64,000 nucleotides of DNA from Spirochaetia bacterium (GTDB lineage: Bacteria > Spirochaetota > Spirochaetia > CAKZLE01). A program made the translations under genes and the position numbers. This document shows positions 1 to 9,378 of this stretch, piece after piece. The notes below the pieces were generated by a model. That model was given only the letters and a program-made list of their open reading frames with translations, was not told the DNA's origin and searched no databases. The stretch is from contig OY782041.1 of NCBI GenBank assembly GCA_963677595.1, positions 3,904,001 to 3,968,000 of the forward strand, read 5' to 3'. Within the stretch, counting starts at the first letter, position 1, and each line of letters begins with the position of its first letter.

Positions 1-13
1 GTAACTGTTTCAT
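1..13 (-). CDS. 5' end of a gene running off the left edge (MKQL...), product unknown
   Basis: Minus-strand ATG at 13, preceded by an AAGGA Shine-Dalgarno (SD) sequence and by the promoter at 65-93. Confidence 0.55.
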
Positions 14-64
14 GGCATCCTTCTTGTTCTCTCATGACCGGTCAGAAGGTTTTTATCTACCAAC

Positions 65-93
65 AGTGTACCAAATAACTAGATGCATGTCAA
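65..93 (-). promoter_or_regulatory. sigma70-type promoter TTGACA-N17-TACACT
   Basis: tgtcaa at 88-93 and agtgta at 65-70 on the + strand, 17 bp spacer. Confidence 0.65.
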
Positions 94-146
94 TAGAATG
101 CTTATTTGTGATTATTTTAATGTTTATAACTGATCATAAGAACAGA

Positions 147-935
147 TCAATGATAATACCCGGTATATGCATGCACCAGTTCCCTGAACTGACCGATATC
201 ATGTCCGTAGAGTATCCGGGCAGCATGCGTTTCCTTGTATTTCAGAATCCTCTCCACAGAACGTGAATAGCCTTCTTGGTCTTCCAGAATCGCAGGGAGT
301 ATAGGTGGGGGGCCAAGATGACGTGCAGAATAGAGCGCATCGGAAGCCAGCAGGAAACTCCCAGAGTCCTGTAACTCGATCAGGAGCCCAAGCATGCCCC
401 AGGAATGGCCCGAGCCGAGGTTTATGACTGTCAGGCCGTCAAGTACTTGGTATTCACCATCCTGTTCGCTGACTGTTTTCCAAGTGATATCTGCTTGGAT
501 CCAGCTCTCGATATCTGAGACAAGATGGGCCCCGAGCTCCTCGCCGGCCTCATACCGGGTCATGGTATTGCGCAGCTCGACCTCACTCACGATCACTTCT
601 GCGTTGGGGAAGTACTTCAGGCAGCCGGCATGGTCAAGATGCAGATGAGAAGCGACCACATAGCGAATATCTTCGAGTCGGTATCCCAGCCGTTCCAGGC
701 TGTTCGGCAGGAGCTGTGCCTCATCTGCTATATACGGGAACTGCCGGAAAGCTTCAGGCCAGTTACCTAACATGCCTTCTGGATCACAGGCAGCATCGAA
801 AAGTACCAATCCTTCCGGATGGTCTATCAGCACGGAATAGACTGGTATGTCTATCCACTTCTCTTCACTGCCACCCGTATAGATGGTGACTTCCGGCATC
901 CTGATGATACCATTATCGAGAACGTACATGTTCAT
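147..935 (-). CDS. N-acyl homoserine lactonase-like metallo-beta-lactamase fold hydrolase (AiiA/AttM family)
   Basis: HLHLDHAG (HxHxDH), GHSWG, SDALY and GHD metal-ligand motifs; N-terminus MNMYVLDNG. The ORF track starts at 956; 935 follows an AAGGTG SD. Confidence 0.85.
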   Translation of the reverse strand: MNMYVLDNGIIRMPEVTIYTGGSEEKWIDIPVYSVLIDHPEGLVLFDAACDPEGMLGNWPEAFRQFPYIADEAQLLPNSLERLGYRLEDIRYVVASHLHLDHAGCLKYFPNAEVIVSEVELRNTMTRYEAGEELGAHLVSDIESWIQADITWKTVSEQDGEYQVLDGLTVINLGSGHSWGMLGLLIELQDSGSFLLASDALYSARHLGPPPILPAILEDQEGYSRSVERILKYKETHAARILYGHDIGQFRELVHAYTGYYH

Positions 936-952
936 GTCATCACCTTGCAGCA

Positions 953-1918
953 TCAATTGCCTTCGAAGAACCGCTTGGGGTTCTCCGTACTCATCTTCAT
1001 GAGCAGGTCCAGGTCCACACCCATCTCTACAAGTTTGGGGAATACAACATTATGAAGGAAGAGGAATCGTTCGGGATTGAGTCCCTTTACGTATGCCAGT
1101 GTCTCTTCGGGAAGGGTATCGAACATCGTGGAAATGGACATGAAGTCATGCGAGAGGAGCATGATGTCAGACATACCTGCATCGATCATCCGCTTGATGG
1201 TCTTGATCCGGGTCTCGGTACTGACCGCGAAGTTTCCCGGGAAGGTGATCAGGGGGAGCCTGTCCACACCGATCCAGCAGCCCTGGTCTGCTACCCACTT
1301 GATATAGTCCATATCGGTGGTTTCCAGGATATGGTCGATCTTCACGCGGCTCATATCGAGGCCTTCTTCCTGCAGTATACGAAGCTGGTGCCTGCCTGAT
1401 TCTGCCTGCGGATAGGAATGGAGCATCACCGGGGCCCCAGTCTCCTTCGCTGCGATCGCAACGGCCCGGTGGAGCAGGTCACGTGCAGGGGTAAGCCCCT
1501 CACGGTCCATGGCAGCCTTGATGATCCCGGCCTTGATCCCGGTCTCGCCTACCCCTTTCTGGACATCATCGATGAACAGTGAAGCGATCTTCTCAGCCGT
1601 GAACCTTCCCAGCGTCGGCGCGAACTCCTGCCACCAGCCGGTACAGGCCACGATATGCACACCCGTTGCCTCTGAAGCAGCCTTCAGGCGCTTCACATCA
1701 CGTCCGAGGTCGATCGGGGAAGCTTCTATGACGGACTTGATCCCGACACTCTTCATCTCGTTGAGGTCCCCAATCACCACCTCATCCACATCATCCCGAT
1801 AGAGCTGCGGATAGTTCTCCGGCACCCCTATCGAGGAGGAATAGATATGCTCATGCATCAGGGTATAGCCAAGTTCATCAGGTGTGATCGGTCCGGTGAC
1901 CGTCTGGATCATCTTCAT
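953..1918 (-). CDS. Phosphotriesterase-like lactonase family amidohydrolase (paralogue 1)
   Basis: QTVTGP..LGYTLMHEH, GIIKAA (carboxylated Lys), MLHS, KIDH, LLSHD, ENPKRFF. Confidence 0.9.
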   Translation of the reverse strand: MKMIQTVTGPITPDELGYTLMHEHIYSSSIGVPENYPQLYRDDVDEVVIGDLNEMKSVGIKSVIEASPIDLGRDVKRLKAASEATGVHIVACTGWWQEFAPTLGRFTAEKIASLFIDDVQKGVGETGIKAGIIKAAMDREGLTPARDLLHRAVAIAAKETGAPVMLHSYPQAESGRHQLRILQEEGLDMSRVKIDHILETTDMDYIKWVADQGCWIGVDRLPLITFPGNFAVSTETRIKTIKRMIDAGMSDIMLLSHDFMSISTMFDTLPEETLAYVKGLNPERFLFLHNVVFPKLVEMGVDLDLLMKMSTENPKRFFEGN

Positions 1919-2031
1919 ACTTCAAGCTCCTTACGCGACCTGCCGTTGAGGCGGTCATGTGTGTTACGTGTCTACAGATCAGTGATCAGTAACGCCACGT
2001 TTGGTTTTCTGGAAGGAATTCAATTCAGACA

Positions 2032-2061
2032 AGCATAATCTCTAAAGATCATGCTTGTCAA
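2032..2061 (-). promoter_or_regulatory. Promoter TTGACA-N18-TATGCT for the phosphotriesterase/lactonase pair, embedded in a palindrome with 14-bp arms (2028-2059)
   Basis: tgtcaa 2056-2061, agcata 2032-2037; GACAAGCATAATCT-CTAA-AGATCATGCTTGTC. Confidence 0.6.
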
Positions 2062-2079
2062 AACAGATTCATACTCAGT

Positions 2080-2119
2080 AAAAAAATGTTTGCGGAAAGG
2101 CCTATGCCCTCCCGCAAAC
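2080..2119 (-). terminator. Intrinsic terminator after the RpiB-like gene
   Basis: Minus strand GTTTGCGGGAGGGC-ATA-GGCCTTTCCGCAAAC followed by ATTTTTTT. Confidence 0.75.
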
Positions 2120-2127
2120 TACAATCA

Positions 2128-2601
2128 CTACTTGAAGACTGCCCCTTCGTATCCGTCCCACATGGCTGCTCCGTCCTTGATCCGTTTGACTCTGAATTCA
2201 GGGAGTCCTTCTCCCCATTTGGTCTGGATGAAAACATCTGCCATCTCGCATGCCATCCTGAGACTGATAGTGGTTCCGCCTAATGCAAGTATATTCGCAT
2301 CATTCACGATCCGGCTGTCACGTGCAGCCCATACGCTCTCTACTCGGGCACATCGTGCGCCTTTGTTCTTGTTCGCCGCGATGCTGATACCGATTCCGGT
2401 ACCGCAAACGACGATCCCGAGTTCTGCTGCATCTGATGTAACTGCCTCTGCAACATTCCGGGCTACATCCATGTACATCACTGGATTGTCAGGATCTGTG
2501 GTCCCGAGGTCAGCAACATCATGTCCCTGTTCAACAAGGTGTTTCTTCAAATCTCCGATCAGTCCGAAACCGCCGGGATCTGCTCCAATCGCTAATTTCA
2601 T
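2128..2601 (-). CDS. RpiB/LacA/LacB family sugar-phosphate isomerase (atypical, lacks conserved histidines)
   Basis: MKLAIGAD, catalytic CGTGIG motif, NDANILALG. Confidence 0.88.
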   Translation of the reverse strand: MKLAIGADPGGFGLIGDLKKHLVEQGHDVADLGTTDPDNPVMYMDVARNVAEAVTSDAAELGIVVCGTGIGISIAANKNKGARCARVESVWAARDSRIVNDANILALGGTTISLRMACEMADVFIQTKWGEGLPEFRVKRIKDGAAMWDGYEGAVFK

Positions 2602-2663
2602 TTCTTACCTCCATTATTAGTTATTATCATACAACTGCGAATACATCCGATTCGTTCTCTCTC

Positions 2664-3974
2664 CTACATCATTCCCGTGATCCTCGGAAGCCACTCGACG
2701 ATCCCCGGAACCAATAGCAGCAGGATAAGGTGTGCCGCATCCGCTATGAGGAAGGGTGCGATACCCTTGAAGACCCTCGAAAGCGGCACATCCTTATAGA
2801 GCCCCTTCAGGAAGAAGGCCGTCATGCCCATAGGCGGGGTGAGCCCCCCGATATCACCCATACGTACCATGACGACGCCGAACCATACAGCCGAGAACCC
2901 GCAGGCCTGTACGATCGGCAGGAAGATACCGACGGTAAGCAATACCATCGACATGACTTCAACAACACAACCTAATGCGATATAGATCATCATGATGATG
3001 ACCATCAGCAGCATCGTCGGGAACTGCATGGCCATGACTGTGTCAGAAAGCCAGAACGGCAAACCGCTTACGGCGATCATCTGCTTCAGCACGTTTGCGC
3101 CAACGATGAGAAAGTAGATCATCCCGATCATCTTCGCTGAAGAGATCATTACTTGTTTCAGCTTCTCACGATCGAGTCTTCTTTTCAGCAGTGCCAGGAT
3201 GAACGCACCTAATGCACCGATGGATCCAGCCTCTGTGGGGGTGAACCAACCTGCGAATAGTCCTCCAAGCACGAGGATGACGATGAGGATGATCCCAAGG
3301 CTTCCCGGGAGGGACTTGATCTTCTCCTCCATCGAGGTTTTCGGTCCACGCGGTCCATAACTCGGGTTTATCTTGCAGTTGATCGCGATGACGATCATAT
3401 AGAATACCGCAAGGATCAAACCGGGAATAATACCAGCGATCAGGAGCGTACCGATTGAAGTACCTGAGATCATACCGTAAATAATGAACATGGCACTCGG
3501 TGGTATAAGGTCTCCCAACTCACTTCCTGCCGCGACCGACCCGATCGCGAGTTCCGTCGAGTACTTGTACTTCCTCATCTGCGGGATGGCGATCGCCCCG
3601 ATACTCACGATAGCTGCCCAGGGGAACGCAGTAACAGCCGCAAAGACTGCACAGGCACCGATAGTCGCGATCGCCAAGCCTCCAGGGATCTGGCCGAGCC
3701 AGGTCGAAGCAGTCTTGTAGAGGTCAGAACCCATCTCCGAGACCGTGATGATCTGAGCCATGAGGATGAACATCGGCAATACTGCGAAGTCATAACTCGA
3801 TACGACCGAGAATACGTTCGTTCCAAGGACAGTGATCGCTCCCCTCCAGCTCGTCATCAGGACTAACCCGATGAATCCAGTGGTCAGCATAGAGAAACCG
3901 ATCTTTACACCCATCATGGAAAGGATGAAGAAAGCTGCTATACAGATCAGCCCGATAGCAATAGCACTAGTCAT
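2664..3974 (-). CDS. dctM: TRAP transporter large permease
   Basis: Highly hydrophobic; LIPPS, FTPTEAG and LTPPMG motifs. Start moved to ATG 3974, overlapping the dctQ stop. Confidence 0.9.
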   Translation of the reverse strand: MTSAIAIGLICIAAFFILSMMGVKIGFSMLTTGFIGLVLMTSWRGAITVLGTNVFSVVSSYDFAVLPMFILMAQIITVSEMGSDLYKTASTWLGQIPGGLAIATIGACAVFAAVTAFPWAAIVSIGAIAIPQMRKYKYSTELAIGSVAAGSELGDLIPPSAMFIIYGMISGTSIGTLLIAGIIPGLILAVFYMIVIAINCKINPSYGPRGPKTSMEEKIKSLPGSLGIILIVILVLGGLFAGWFTPTEAGSIGALGAFILALLKRRLDREKLKQVMISSAKMIGMIYFLIVGANVLKQMIAVSGLPFWLSDTVMAMQFPTMLLMVIIMMIYIALGCVVEVMSMVLLTVGIFLPIVQACGFSAVWFGVVMVRMGDIGGLTPPMGMTAFFLKGLYKDVPLSRVFKGIAPFLIADAAHLILLLLVPGIVEWLPRITGMM

Positions 3975-4536
3975 TATTCTGCTCCTCTCCTCCAAGTAGA
4001 ACTATGGAATCGTCTTGTTCATCGAATATCGTCGCGACTTCTTTTCCCATCGCCAGCCTGATAAAATCTACTGTCTCGATGATTATGGCAAGGGCCAGAA
4101 GAACCAGGCCGAAGACCCAGACCCACCGAAAGATCCAGGTAGGGAGATTCCCGGAGAGCGTCTTCTCGAAAACCAGGGTCTTCGTATAGGCATACTTCCC
4201 GCCTGCATAGATCATCATGAAGATAATACCGATACTGATGAGCCCTGATATTGACTCACTTACCTTCCTCATACCGGATGGCATCTTTCCAAGGACTAAA
4301 TCCATTACAGTATGGTCCTGAAGCAATGCACAATATGGAATAGCAAGAGATGCCGCAAAGGCTGCAGAAAGACCTGCAAGGTCATAGATATAACGCATAG
4401 CCAGGCCGAACGGCCTGATAAAGATATTGATCACCATGAAGGTGGTACCCACGATCAGCGCGACACCTGCGATGATGCCCAGCAGATTGGCTATGGTCTT
4501 AGTCCACTTGATCTTCAACCTGTCATATTCACCCAT
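3967..4536 (-). CDS. dctQ: TRAP transporter small permease
   Basis: About 4 transmembrane segments, HTVMDL motif, located between dctP and dctM. Confidence 0.85.
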   Translation of the reverse strand: MGEYDRLKIKWTKTIANLLGIIAGVALIVGTTFMVINIFIRPFGLAMRYIYDLAGLSAAFAASLAIPYCALLQDHTVMDLVLGKMPSGMRKVSESISGLISIGIIFMMIYAGGKYAYTKTLVFEKTLSGNLPTWIFRWVWVFGLVLLALAIIIETVDFIRLAMGKEVATIFDEQDDSIVLLGGEEQNND

Positions 4537-4593
4537 AAGCCTTCTTCCTCCAAAGAAAAACTGTAAACTAGGACGCTAAACTTTAGACATTCA

Positions 4594-4630
4594 ACAATAC
4601 AGGACCTGCTCATGCAGGATCCTGTATTGT
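4594..4630. repeat. Intercistronic hairpin after dctP
   Basis: ACAATACAGGA-CCTGC-TCAT-GCAGG-A-TCCTGTATTGT inverted repeat, no U-tract. Confidence 0.7.
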
Positions 4631-4652
4631 GATTTAAAGTATTTAGCGATTC

Positions 4653-5699
4653 TTAATTATACTTAGCAGAATATTCTGCCACTGCCTTCACGAAGGCAGT
4701 ACCGGGAAGCCCCTGTGCATCAAGTTCTTTAGCAACCTTCAGGTTTGCATTCATGAGAACTTGGTTGAACTCAGCAGCTGCTGCTGCATCAGGATAGATC
4801 GCTGTTGTCCCATGATTCTCAACTGCCCAGTCCAATGCAGATGCCTCTGAAGCCTGGAAACCCTTAGCATTCTCAGCCTCCACGAAGGAAGCCTGGCTGT
4901 TGATGATATCCTTGATGTCATCCGGAAGAGCGTTCCAAGAGTCCTTGTTGATTATATGTCCAGGACCGGTAGCATATGCGATATTGACCATGTTCACATA
5001 CTTACATACTTCAGCGAAATTACATGACTGTAATGTCTCGGTCGGGATCATCATACCGTCGAAGAGGTTTTTCTGCAGTGAGCTGTAGACCTCTGGGAAG
5101 GGTGCGTTGATCGGGGTTGCGCCACAGTCGAGCACGAACTGATTGAAGTCAGCCTCACACCAGATCTGCATACCCTTCATGTCAGCAACCTTGGTGATAG
5201 GTTTATTGACTGAAAGGATCTGGTATACCGTACCACCGTTGAATGCCTGGGCTGGTACATATACATCCTTGAACTCATCTCTAAGTTCCGGGAAACCGTT
5301 CCACAGATCATAGGAGACATCTGCTTCATGACCTACCGGTACACCTGTCGTGATTGCTTTCCAGTGCTCGGAGAGAACAAAACCTGAAGAAGCAAATCGG
5401 TGGACATCCGCGATATCAGCGATGCCGTCTACGAGCTGCTCATAGGCATTGAGGCTGTCTACCAGAGTGTCATCATAGTAAAATGTGAATGTGAGCCTGC
5501 CGTCAGTCTCATCAGTGATCTTCTGTGCCCAAGCTCTCCATGCAGCTGACATGAAGTTGTTCTCGCTGATGGCAAGACTGAATTTCCAATTGATCGGTTT
5601 GTCGCTTGCGGTCTCACTCTGTCCACCTGCGAATGCACTGACTGCCCCAAAGAGCAGCAACGAAATGACCAGGATCGAAATGATTTTTCTCATACTCAT
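4653..5699 (-). CDS. dctP: TRAP transporter substrate-binding protein
   Basis: Signal peptide ending AFAGGQSE; TDGRLTFTFY, DGIADIA, KPITKVADMKG, EVYSSLQKNLFDG, INKDSWNALP. Confidence 0.88.
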   Translation of the reverse strand: MSMRKIISILVISLLLFGAVSAFAGGQSETASDKPINWKFSLAISENNFMSAAWRAWAQKITDETDGRLTFTFYYDDTLVDSLNAYEQLVDGIADIADVHRFASSGFVLSEHWKAITTGVPVGHEADVSYDLWNGFPELRDEFKDVYVPAQAFNGGTVYQILSVNKPITKVADMKGMQIWCEADFNQFVLDCGATPINAPFPEVYSSLQKNLFDGMMIPTETLQSCNFAEVCKYVNMVNIAYATGPGHIINKDSWNALPDDIKDIINSQASFVEAENAKGFQASEASALDWAVENHGTTAIYPDAAAAAEFNQVLMNANLKVAKELDAQGLPGTAFVKAVAEYSAKYN

Positions 5700-6538
5700 A
5701 CCTTCCTTTTAAATATGTTCCTAATCGCGGCACAGTCTTCTGCAGCTATCTGCATGAAGTCCCCGCCTTGATTTATAGGTTCCGCGTAATAGTAGCTCTC
5801 TGATATGACCCAGCCGTCAAACCCGGTGGCCAGGACGATATCAGCGGACTCCTGTATCCTTGAATCACCCTTTCCCATCAGGATCGGGGCAGGACGACCG
5901 ATGAGGAACTCTTCCCTCCTCGTGTCCTTCACATGGTAGTGGTCGATGATCTCAGGATCTGTCGCCATCATGTCTGCGAGCATCTCAGGCGCCTCCCCGG
6001 AATCGTAGATGTAGGGGTTGCAGGTATCGAAACAGACCTTCAGCCCGGTACCGGTGCGCTCCCGCATCCTGAAGATATCGTCGTTCGAGAGATTGGACTC
6101 GAACGCGATGACGATCCCCTTCTCTGCACCCAGCGAGCAGGCATAGGAGAGGTTATCGGCCACATTGCGGAAGACTTCCTCATCCCCTGCTCCGATGAAG
6201 CCCGAGATCATCACGACCGGGACCTTCATGTCCACTGCGGCTGTAACGGCAGAAAGGATATCCATGCGGGCACGATCAGAATCAGGGGTGCCTTTTGACG
6301 CATAGATCGTCTTCTCCTGGTACATCGTCCTGGTATGGATGGAGTGGAAGCTCACCCCGGCAGTTTCAGCTGCCTGGAGGTACTCCTGCTGCACACGCCG
6401 ATGGTTCAGGGGATATGCCATCTTCTTGCCGCCGCAGTCCCCGAGCTGGAGACCGTCAAACCCGATCTCAGCTGCCAGCCTGACAGCAAAGGGCCCCGTC
6501 ATGGGAAGTGCCCATTCACAAACGCCTATCTGTATCAT
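5696..6538 (-). CDS. Sugar phosphate isomerase/epimerase, xylose isomerase-like TIM barrel (AP endonuclease 2 family)
   Basis: AAEIGFDGLQL, IAFES, CFDTCN, HYHVKD, GFDGWVISE metal-site pattern. Confidence 0.85.
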   Translation of the reverse strand: MIQIGVCEWALPMTGPFAVRLAAEIGFDGLQLGDCGGKKMAYPLNHRRVQQEYLQAAETAGVSFHSIHTRTMYQEKTIYASKGTPDSDRARMDILSAVTAAVDMKVPVVMISGFIGAGDEEVFRNVADNLSYACSLGAEKGIVIAFESNLSNDDIFRMRERTGTGLKVCFDTCNPYIYDSGEAPEMLADMMATDPEIIDHYHVKDTRREEFLIGRPAPILMGKGDSRIQESADIVLATGFDGWVISESYYYAEPINQGGDFMQIAAEDCAAIRNIFKRKV

Positions 6539-6614
6539 TCTCTATCCCCTGGGGCGTAAAAAGAACCATACTGAATATTTTAATACTTTTCATGTTTCTT
6601 TTTTCGCTTGTTTG

Positions 6615-6677
6615 TTATCACTATGTGTATATTTATGATTACAATATTAATTATACACTGCTTTCATGCGTTGTCAA
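6615..6677 (-). promoter_or_regulatory. Promoter TTGACA-N16-TATAAT with candidate operator TTATCA-N15-TGATTA near +1
   Basis: tgtcaa 6672-6677, attata 6650-6655, operator 6615-6641. Confidence 0.7.
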
Positions 6678-6771
6678 ACTAAAAAACTATTTTATGATCA
6701 CTTATTTTTACCCTTGTGATAGCTTTTGCTTACAAATACACACTCCTACAGAATGCGTAGCAATGGGGTAC

Positions 6772-6807
6772 AAAAAAAATGCATCATCCCGCCATGGAAC
6801 GATGCAT
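6772..6807 (-). terminator. Intrinsic terminator of ABC operon A
   Basis: Minus strand ATGCATCGTTCC-ATGGC-GGGATGATGCAT followed by a T-run. Confidence 0.75.
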
Positions 6808-6829
6808 CTTTGTGATTAGTAAGGATGGA

Positions 6830-7780
6830 TCAGCCTATCTGGATCTTCCTGGCATCCGTGTTGATCGACATCACGACGATGATCAGGATGACGCCATTCA
6901 CGACAGCTTCGGTCCAGAACGGGGCTCCCATGATGCTGATGCCGTTGAAGGTGATGCCGAGCATGATGAGCGATGCAACCATTCCCGGCACATTGTACCG
7001 TCCCGTGGTATGGGTCGTGATGCTGAAGAAGACGACCGCAAGACCCGGCAGCAGGTAGGATGGGCCGGTATCTGGATAGGCGTTACCGGTCCTCGCGAGC
7101 GTGATCAGTCCGCCGACCCCGATATAGAAGGAGGCCAGGACGAAGGCCGCGAACCTGACCAGTTTTGTCTTGATACCGGCGAGGTAGGCCACCCGCTCTG
7201 AGAGGCCGACCGCATAGATGTGCTTACCCAGCGGGGTATGTTCCATGATGTAGTAGAGGCTTGCGGCACAGATGAAGAAGATCCATACTGTGATGTTCAG
7301 GTTGAGGAACTTCACCCGGAACATCGACAGGACTGCATCCGGAACAACGCCGTTGATGGCAGAGCCGTTGTTCATACTCAGGCTGATACCGTAGAAGATG
7401 GTCCCGACTCCCAGCGTCGAGATGGTTGACGGTACTTTCAGGACGACATTGATGATCCCGTTCACGGCACCCAAGGCCACGGCGAAGAGGATCATGGCAG
7501 CGAACGCCAGCCCGATCGGTAAGCCGCTCTCGGCCAGCCGCGCCCCGAACATGATCGTGAGCCCGAGCATGTAGCCAAGCGAGATATCGAACTCACCGAC
7601 TGCCAGCGGGATCATGGCGCCGAGGGCGAAGAAGCCTACGATGACCTGCCCTGTTGCGAGCATGTTGATATTCCTCCAGCTTAAGAAGAATTCCGACAGG
7701 AAGGAGAAGAGCACCATGAGCAGCAGACTGACTCCGATGACACCATAGTTCTTTAGGATATGAAATTTTGAGGTAATCAT
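6830..7780 (-). CDS. Monosaccharide (RbsC-type) ABC permease, operon A
   Basis: GEFDISLG, TPLGKHIYAVGLSERVAYLAGI; start overlaps the ATPase stop (ATGA). Confidence 0.9.
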   Translation of the reverse strand: MITSKFHILKNYGVIGVSLLLMVLFSFLSEFFLSWRNINMLATGQVIVGFFALGAMIPLAVGEFDISLGYMLGLTIMFGARLAESGLPIGLAFAAMILFAVALGAVNGIINVVLKVPSTISTLGVGTIFYGISLSMNNGSAINGVVPDAVLSMFRVKFLNLNITVWIFFICAASLYYIMEHTPLGKHIYAVGLSERVAYLAGIKTKLVRFAAFVLASFYIGVGGLITLARTGNAYPDTGPSYLLPGLAVVFFSITTHTTGRYNVPGMVASLIMLGITFNGISIMGAPFWTEAVVNGVILIIVVMSINTDARKIQIG

Positions 7781-9333
7781 GCGTAACACCACCTTGCAAC
7801 AGATTCTCGGGTAAGGGAGCCATCCTCATGGGTCAGCTCGGCAGCAATCTTTCCATGCTGCAGTACGATAACGCGGGTACAGATAAGAGCGAGCTGCTCA
7901 GGTTCTGTCGAGAAGATGACCACGCCGACATGGTTCTCCGAGGCACTCTTGATCGCCTCGAACACGGTGATCCTCGAAGCCGGGTCCACACCGTAGGTCG
8001 GGTCATCGAGAACGAAGACTGAAGGCGACAGGGAGAGCCACTTCGCGAGGATCGCCTTCTGCTGGTTACCCCCGGAGAACTTCCCGAACTTCATGTTCAT
8101 ATCGTGCCCTGGGTTCACATCGAAGACGTTGATACAGGTCTTCATGACCTTCTTAGCAAGTTTCCTGTTGTGCCAGAACTTTATCTCGTTGGGCATCAGC
8201 ATGTTGTCCCGCAGTGAACAGGACATGATGCCGCCGTTTCGGATCCGGTCACAGGGGAGCATGTTGAGTCCCTGTTTGTACAGAGTCCTCGGGGAAGTGC
8301 TCATCGGCATCTCATGGCCATTCACGACGAAGTCACCGGACTTGCGCTGCATCATCCCGCCTAACAGTGACGGAAGTTCACCTACCCCGCTGTCCCCGAG
8401 TCCGACGAACCCGATGATCTCATTGTTCTTGACCGTGAAGCTCAGTCCGTCGATGTTCTTCGCCTGGACATCTTTGAACTCAAGGACCGTCTTCACGACA
8501 TCTTCATGGGGCTTGCGGTCGAGCATCTTCCAGATATCGACGAGATCGAGCTCCTCATCAGCAGCTTTCAGCTCATCGGCGGTATCATCATGCTTCTTGA
8601 GCATATTGGCGATGACGACCTCCTCGGTCGCTTCCTCTGAGAGGCCGCTGAAGACGACCTTCCCGCCGTTGAGGATCGTGACATCATCACAGATCTTCTT
8701 GATCTCCTTGAGGCGGTGGGTGACGGTTATGACCGGGATCCCCATGTCTGCGATCTTGCGGACATGCTCGAGGAAGAACTCTGCCTCTGCCTCAGGGATC
8801 GAGGCATCGGCCTCGTCAAGGATGAGGGCTTTCGTACGCTTGAGTTCCTCGCCCTTCCCGATTGCGATCGCCATGGCGATCATGTTCCGTTCCGATGCCT
8901 TCAGGTTTGTGGTCAGGGTCTTCGGGCTGATCCCGATGTTGAACACCTCGAAGAGTTCGGTGACGTAATCATAGACATGCTTCCAGTCTATGTTGCCGAA
9001 CCGGTTCTTGGGATAACCCTTGAACAGGGCCACACATTCCGCGATGGTGAACGTATCGATCAGGGGGGTCTCCTGGTGGACGACCCGGATCCCCAGGTCA
9101 TATGCCACGCTCGGGTTCTCGATCCTGCCGAGGACCGTCCCGTCGATGTTTATCTCTGAACCGCAGTCCCGGTCCGGCTGGTATACCCCGGTGAGGAATT
9201 TCACCAGGGTGGACTTCCCGCTGCCGTTGGCCCCAAGGACTGCATGCACCCTGTTCGGCTTGAACTCGACACTCACATCATCGAGGGCCTTCACACCGGG
9301 AAATGAAACTGATATATGGTTAGCTGTTAGCAT
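7777..9333 (-). CDS. Monosaccharide ABC ATP-binding protein with two nucleotide-binding domains (RbsA-like), operon A
   Basis: Walker A GANGSGKST, LILDEADAS, FSGGNQQK, LDDPTYGVD. Confidence 0.92.
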   Translation of the reverse strand: MLTANHISVSFPGVKALDDVSVEFKPNRVHAVLGANGSGKSTLVKFLTGVYQPDRDCGSEINIDGTVLGRIENPSVAYDLGIRVVHQETPLIDTFTIAECVALFKGYPKNRFGNIDWKHVYDYVTELFEVFNIGISPKTLTTNLKASERNMIAMAIAIGKGEELKRTKALILDEADASIPEAEAEFFLEHVRKIADMGIPVITVTHRLKEIKKICDDVTILNGGKVVFSGLSEEATEEVVIANMLKKHDDTADELKAADEELDLVDIWKMLDRKPHEDVVKTVLEFKDVQAKNIDGLSFTVKNNEIIGFVGLGDSGVGELPSLLGGMMQRKSGDFVVNGHEMPMSTSPRTLYKQGLNMLPCDRIRNGGIMSCSLRDNMLMPNEIKFWHNRKLAKKVMKTCINVFDVNPGHDMNMKFGKFSGGNQQKAILAKWLSLSPSVFVLDDPTYGVDPASRITVFEAIKSASENHVGVVIFSTEPEQLALICTRVIVLQHGKIAAELTHEDGSLTRESVARWCYA

Positions 9334-9378
9334 GTCATCCCCTTTCTCACTTCTTCGTTACACATGAGTATCACTATC

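Noticed and set aside
1919-2025. Structured 5' leader or riboswitch before the phosphotriesterase gene (short hairpins GTTAC...GTAAC and GACCGCC...GGCAGGTC)
   Set aside because: The stems are short and imperfect and match no RNA family I recognise; an Infernal scan or covariation analysis would be needed.
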